From NCBI RefSeq assembly GCF_006345805.1, contig NC_042998.1, positions 46,128,001-46,192,000 of the forward strand: a stretch of 64,000 bases of DNA. The letters run 5' to 3'. The position numbers were made by a program, and so were the translations under genes. Below are positions 63,214 through 64,000 of this stretch, piece after piece. The notes under the pieces were generated by a model. It did no database searches, was not told the DNA's origin, and worked only from the letters and a program-made list of their open reading frames with translations. This DNA comes from Octopus sinensis (Eukaryota). The stretch's first letter is position 1. Each line of letters opens with the position of its first letter.

Positions 63214-63562
63214 TATGTGTTTGCGTGTATATGTATATACCAAAACAACATGGTATTGCTTCTGCACCCATCTTATTTGCCAGATTTAGCACCTGTGAAC
63301 TTCTATCTCTTCCCCAACATGAAAATGCGGCTCAAAGATCGTCGTTTTAATACTGTTGTTGAGATCCAGAGCAAATTGCAGAAGGTCCTTGAATTGCTTA
63401 TGGAAAACAACTTCCAGGCTGGATTCCAAAATTGGCCTGAACGTTGGAATGGGTGTATTGCTATGCAAGGTGATTATTTCAAAGGAGTTGATGTTAAAAC
63501 TTAGATAAATAATTAATTTTTATTAAACATAACTAGTCCAGGAACTTTTTGCTACCATCTCG
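62200..63562 (+). mobile_element. Mariner DNA transposon (irritans-like), internally deleted, with a ~460 bp insert
   Basis: TIRs TA|TGAGGTGATATCAAAATTTCCCAGACTAGTT and AACTAGTCCAGGAACTTTTTGCTACCATCTCG|TA. Peptides EQRASMKFC...KSATET...CFEWHRCFK and HPSYLPDLAPVNFYLFPNMKMRLKDRRF...WNGCIAMQGDYF. Confidence 0.9.
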
Positions 63563-64000
63563 TATGATGGGCTTCTTTCTATTTCTGGCTACCGAACACA
63601 CTCACATGGTTTTAGTAGGCCCAAGGCTATAGTGGAAGAAACTTACTCAAGGTGCCATACAGTAGAACTGAACCTGAAGCCATTTGTTGTGCAGTGAACT
63701 TCTTAATTACATAGCCATACTTGCACAATATATATATCATATGTATCAACCAATCCAGATCAATGGTAAATTCTTTTATCCTTTTACTAATTTCATTCGC
63801 TGGCTTATAGCAATGTTGAGGTACTGACTGCAAGGTTGTTGGTGAATCATATCAACCCCAGTACTTTCTTCAACCTATTTCCTATTTTATCAATCTATGT
63901 TTATCAGATGGCTAAATTATCATCTGATATAAGGTATTTAATACAGAAAATTGACTGCTAAAATTATATCAAACTAATTTGTTTTCCTTTTGCTTTCGCT

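Overview
AT-rich, repeat-saturated animal genomic DNA. The SINE, RTE and Penelope repertoire points to a coleoid cephalopod, probably Octopus (inferred from recalled family features, not searched). The only host gene I can support is the 3' end of a SAPCD2-like gene on the + strand: two coding exons at 13820-13927 and 17449-17571, joined by a GC-AG intron. The rest is transposon debris: an RTE LINE with a PHD-type finger inside its RT and a modular tandem 3' UTR, R4/Dong-type RLE LINE pieces in (TAA)n, a CR1 tail, two Penelope-like elements (PLEs), a Gypsy protease-RT relic, solo-LTR-like repeats, two mariners, a DD37E Tc1, piggyBac-type MITEs, three tRNA-derived SINE families and microsatellites. 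The most interesting signal is a set of minimal type I hammerhead ribozyme motifs with palindromic stem III. One near-intact motif is present twice in a ~1.01 kb non-coding tandem repeat (53.5-55.6 kb), one lies downstream of a tRNA-like Pol III head in a PLE terminus, and two are degenerate. There are also several fold-back structures, including a long intronic palindrome in the SAPCD2-like gene. Coordinates were read by eye and repeat boundaries are approximate.
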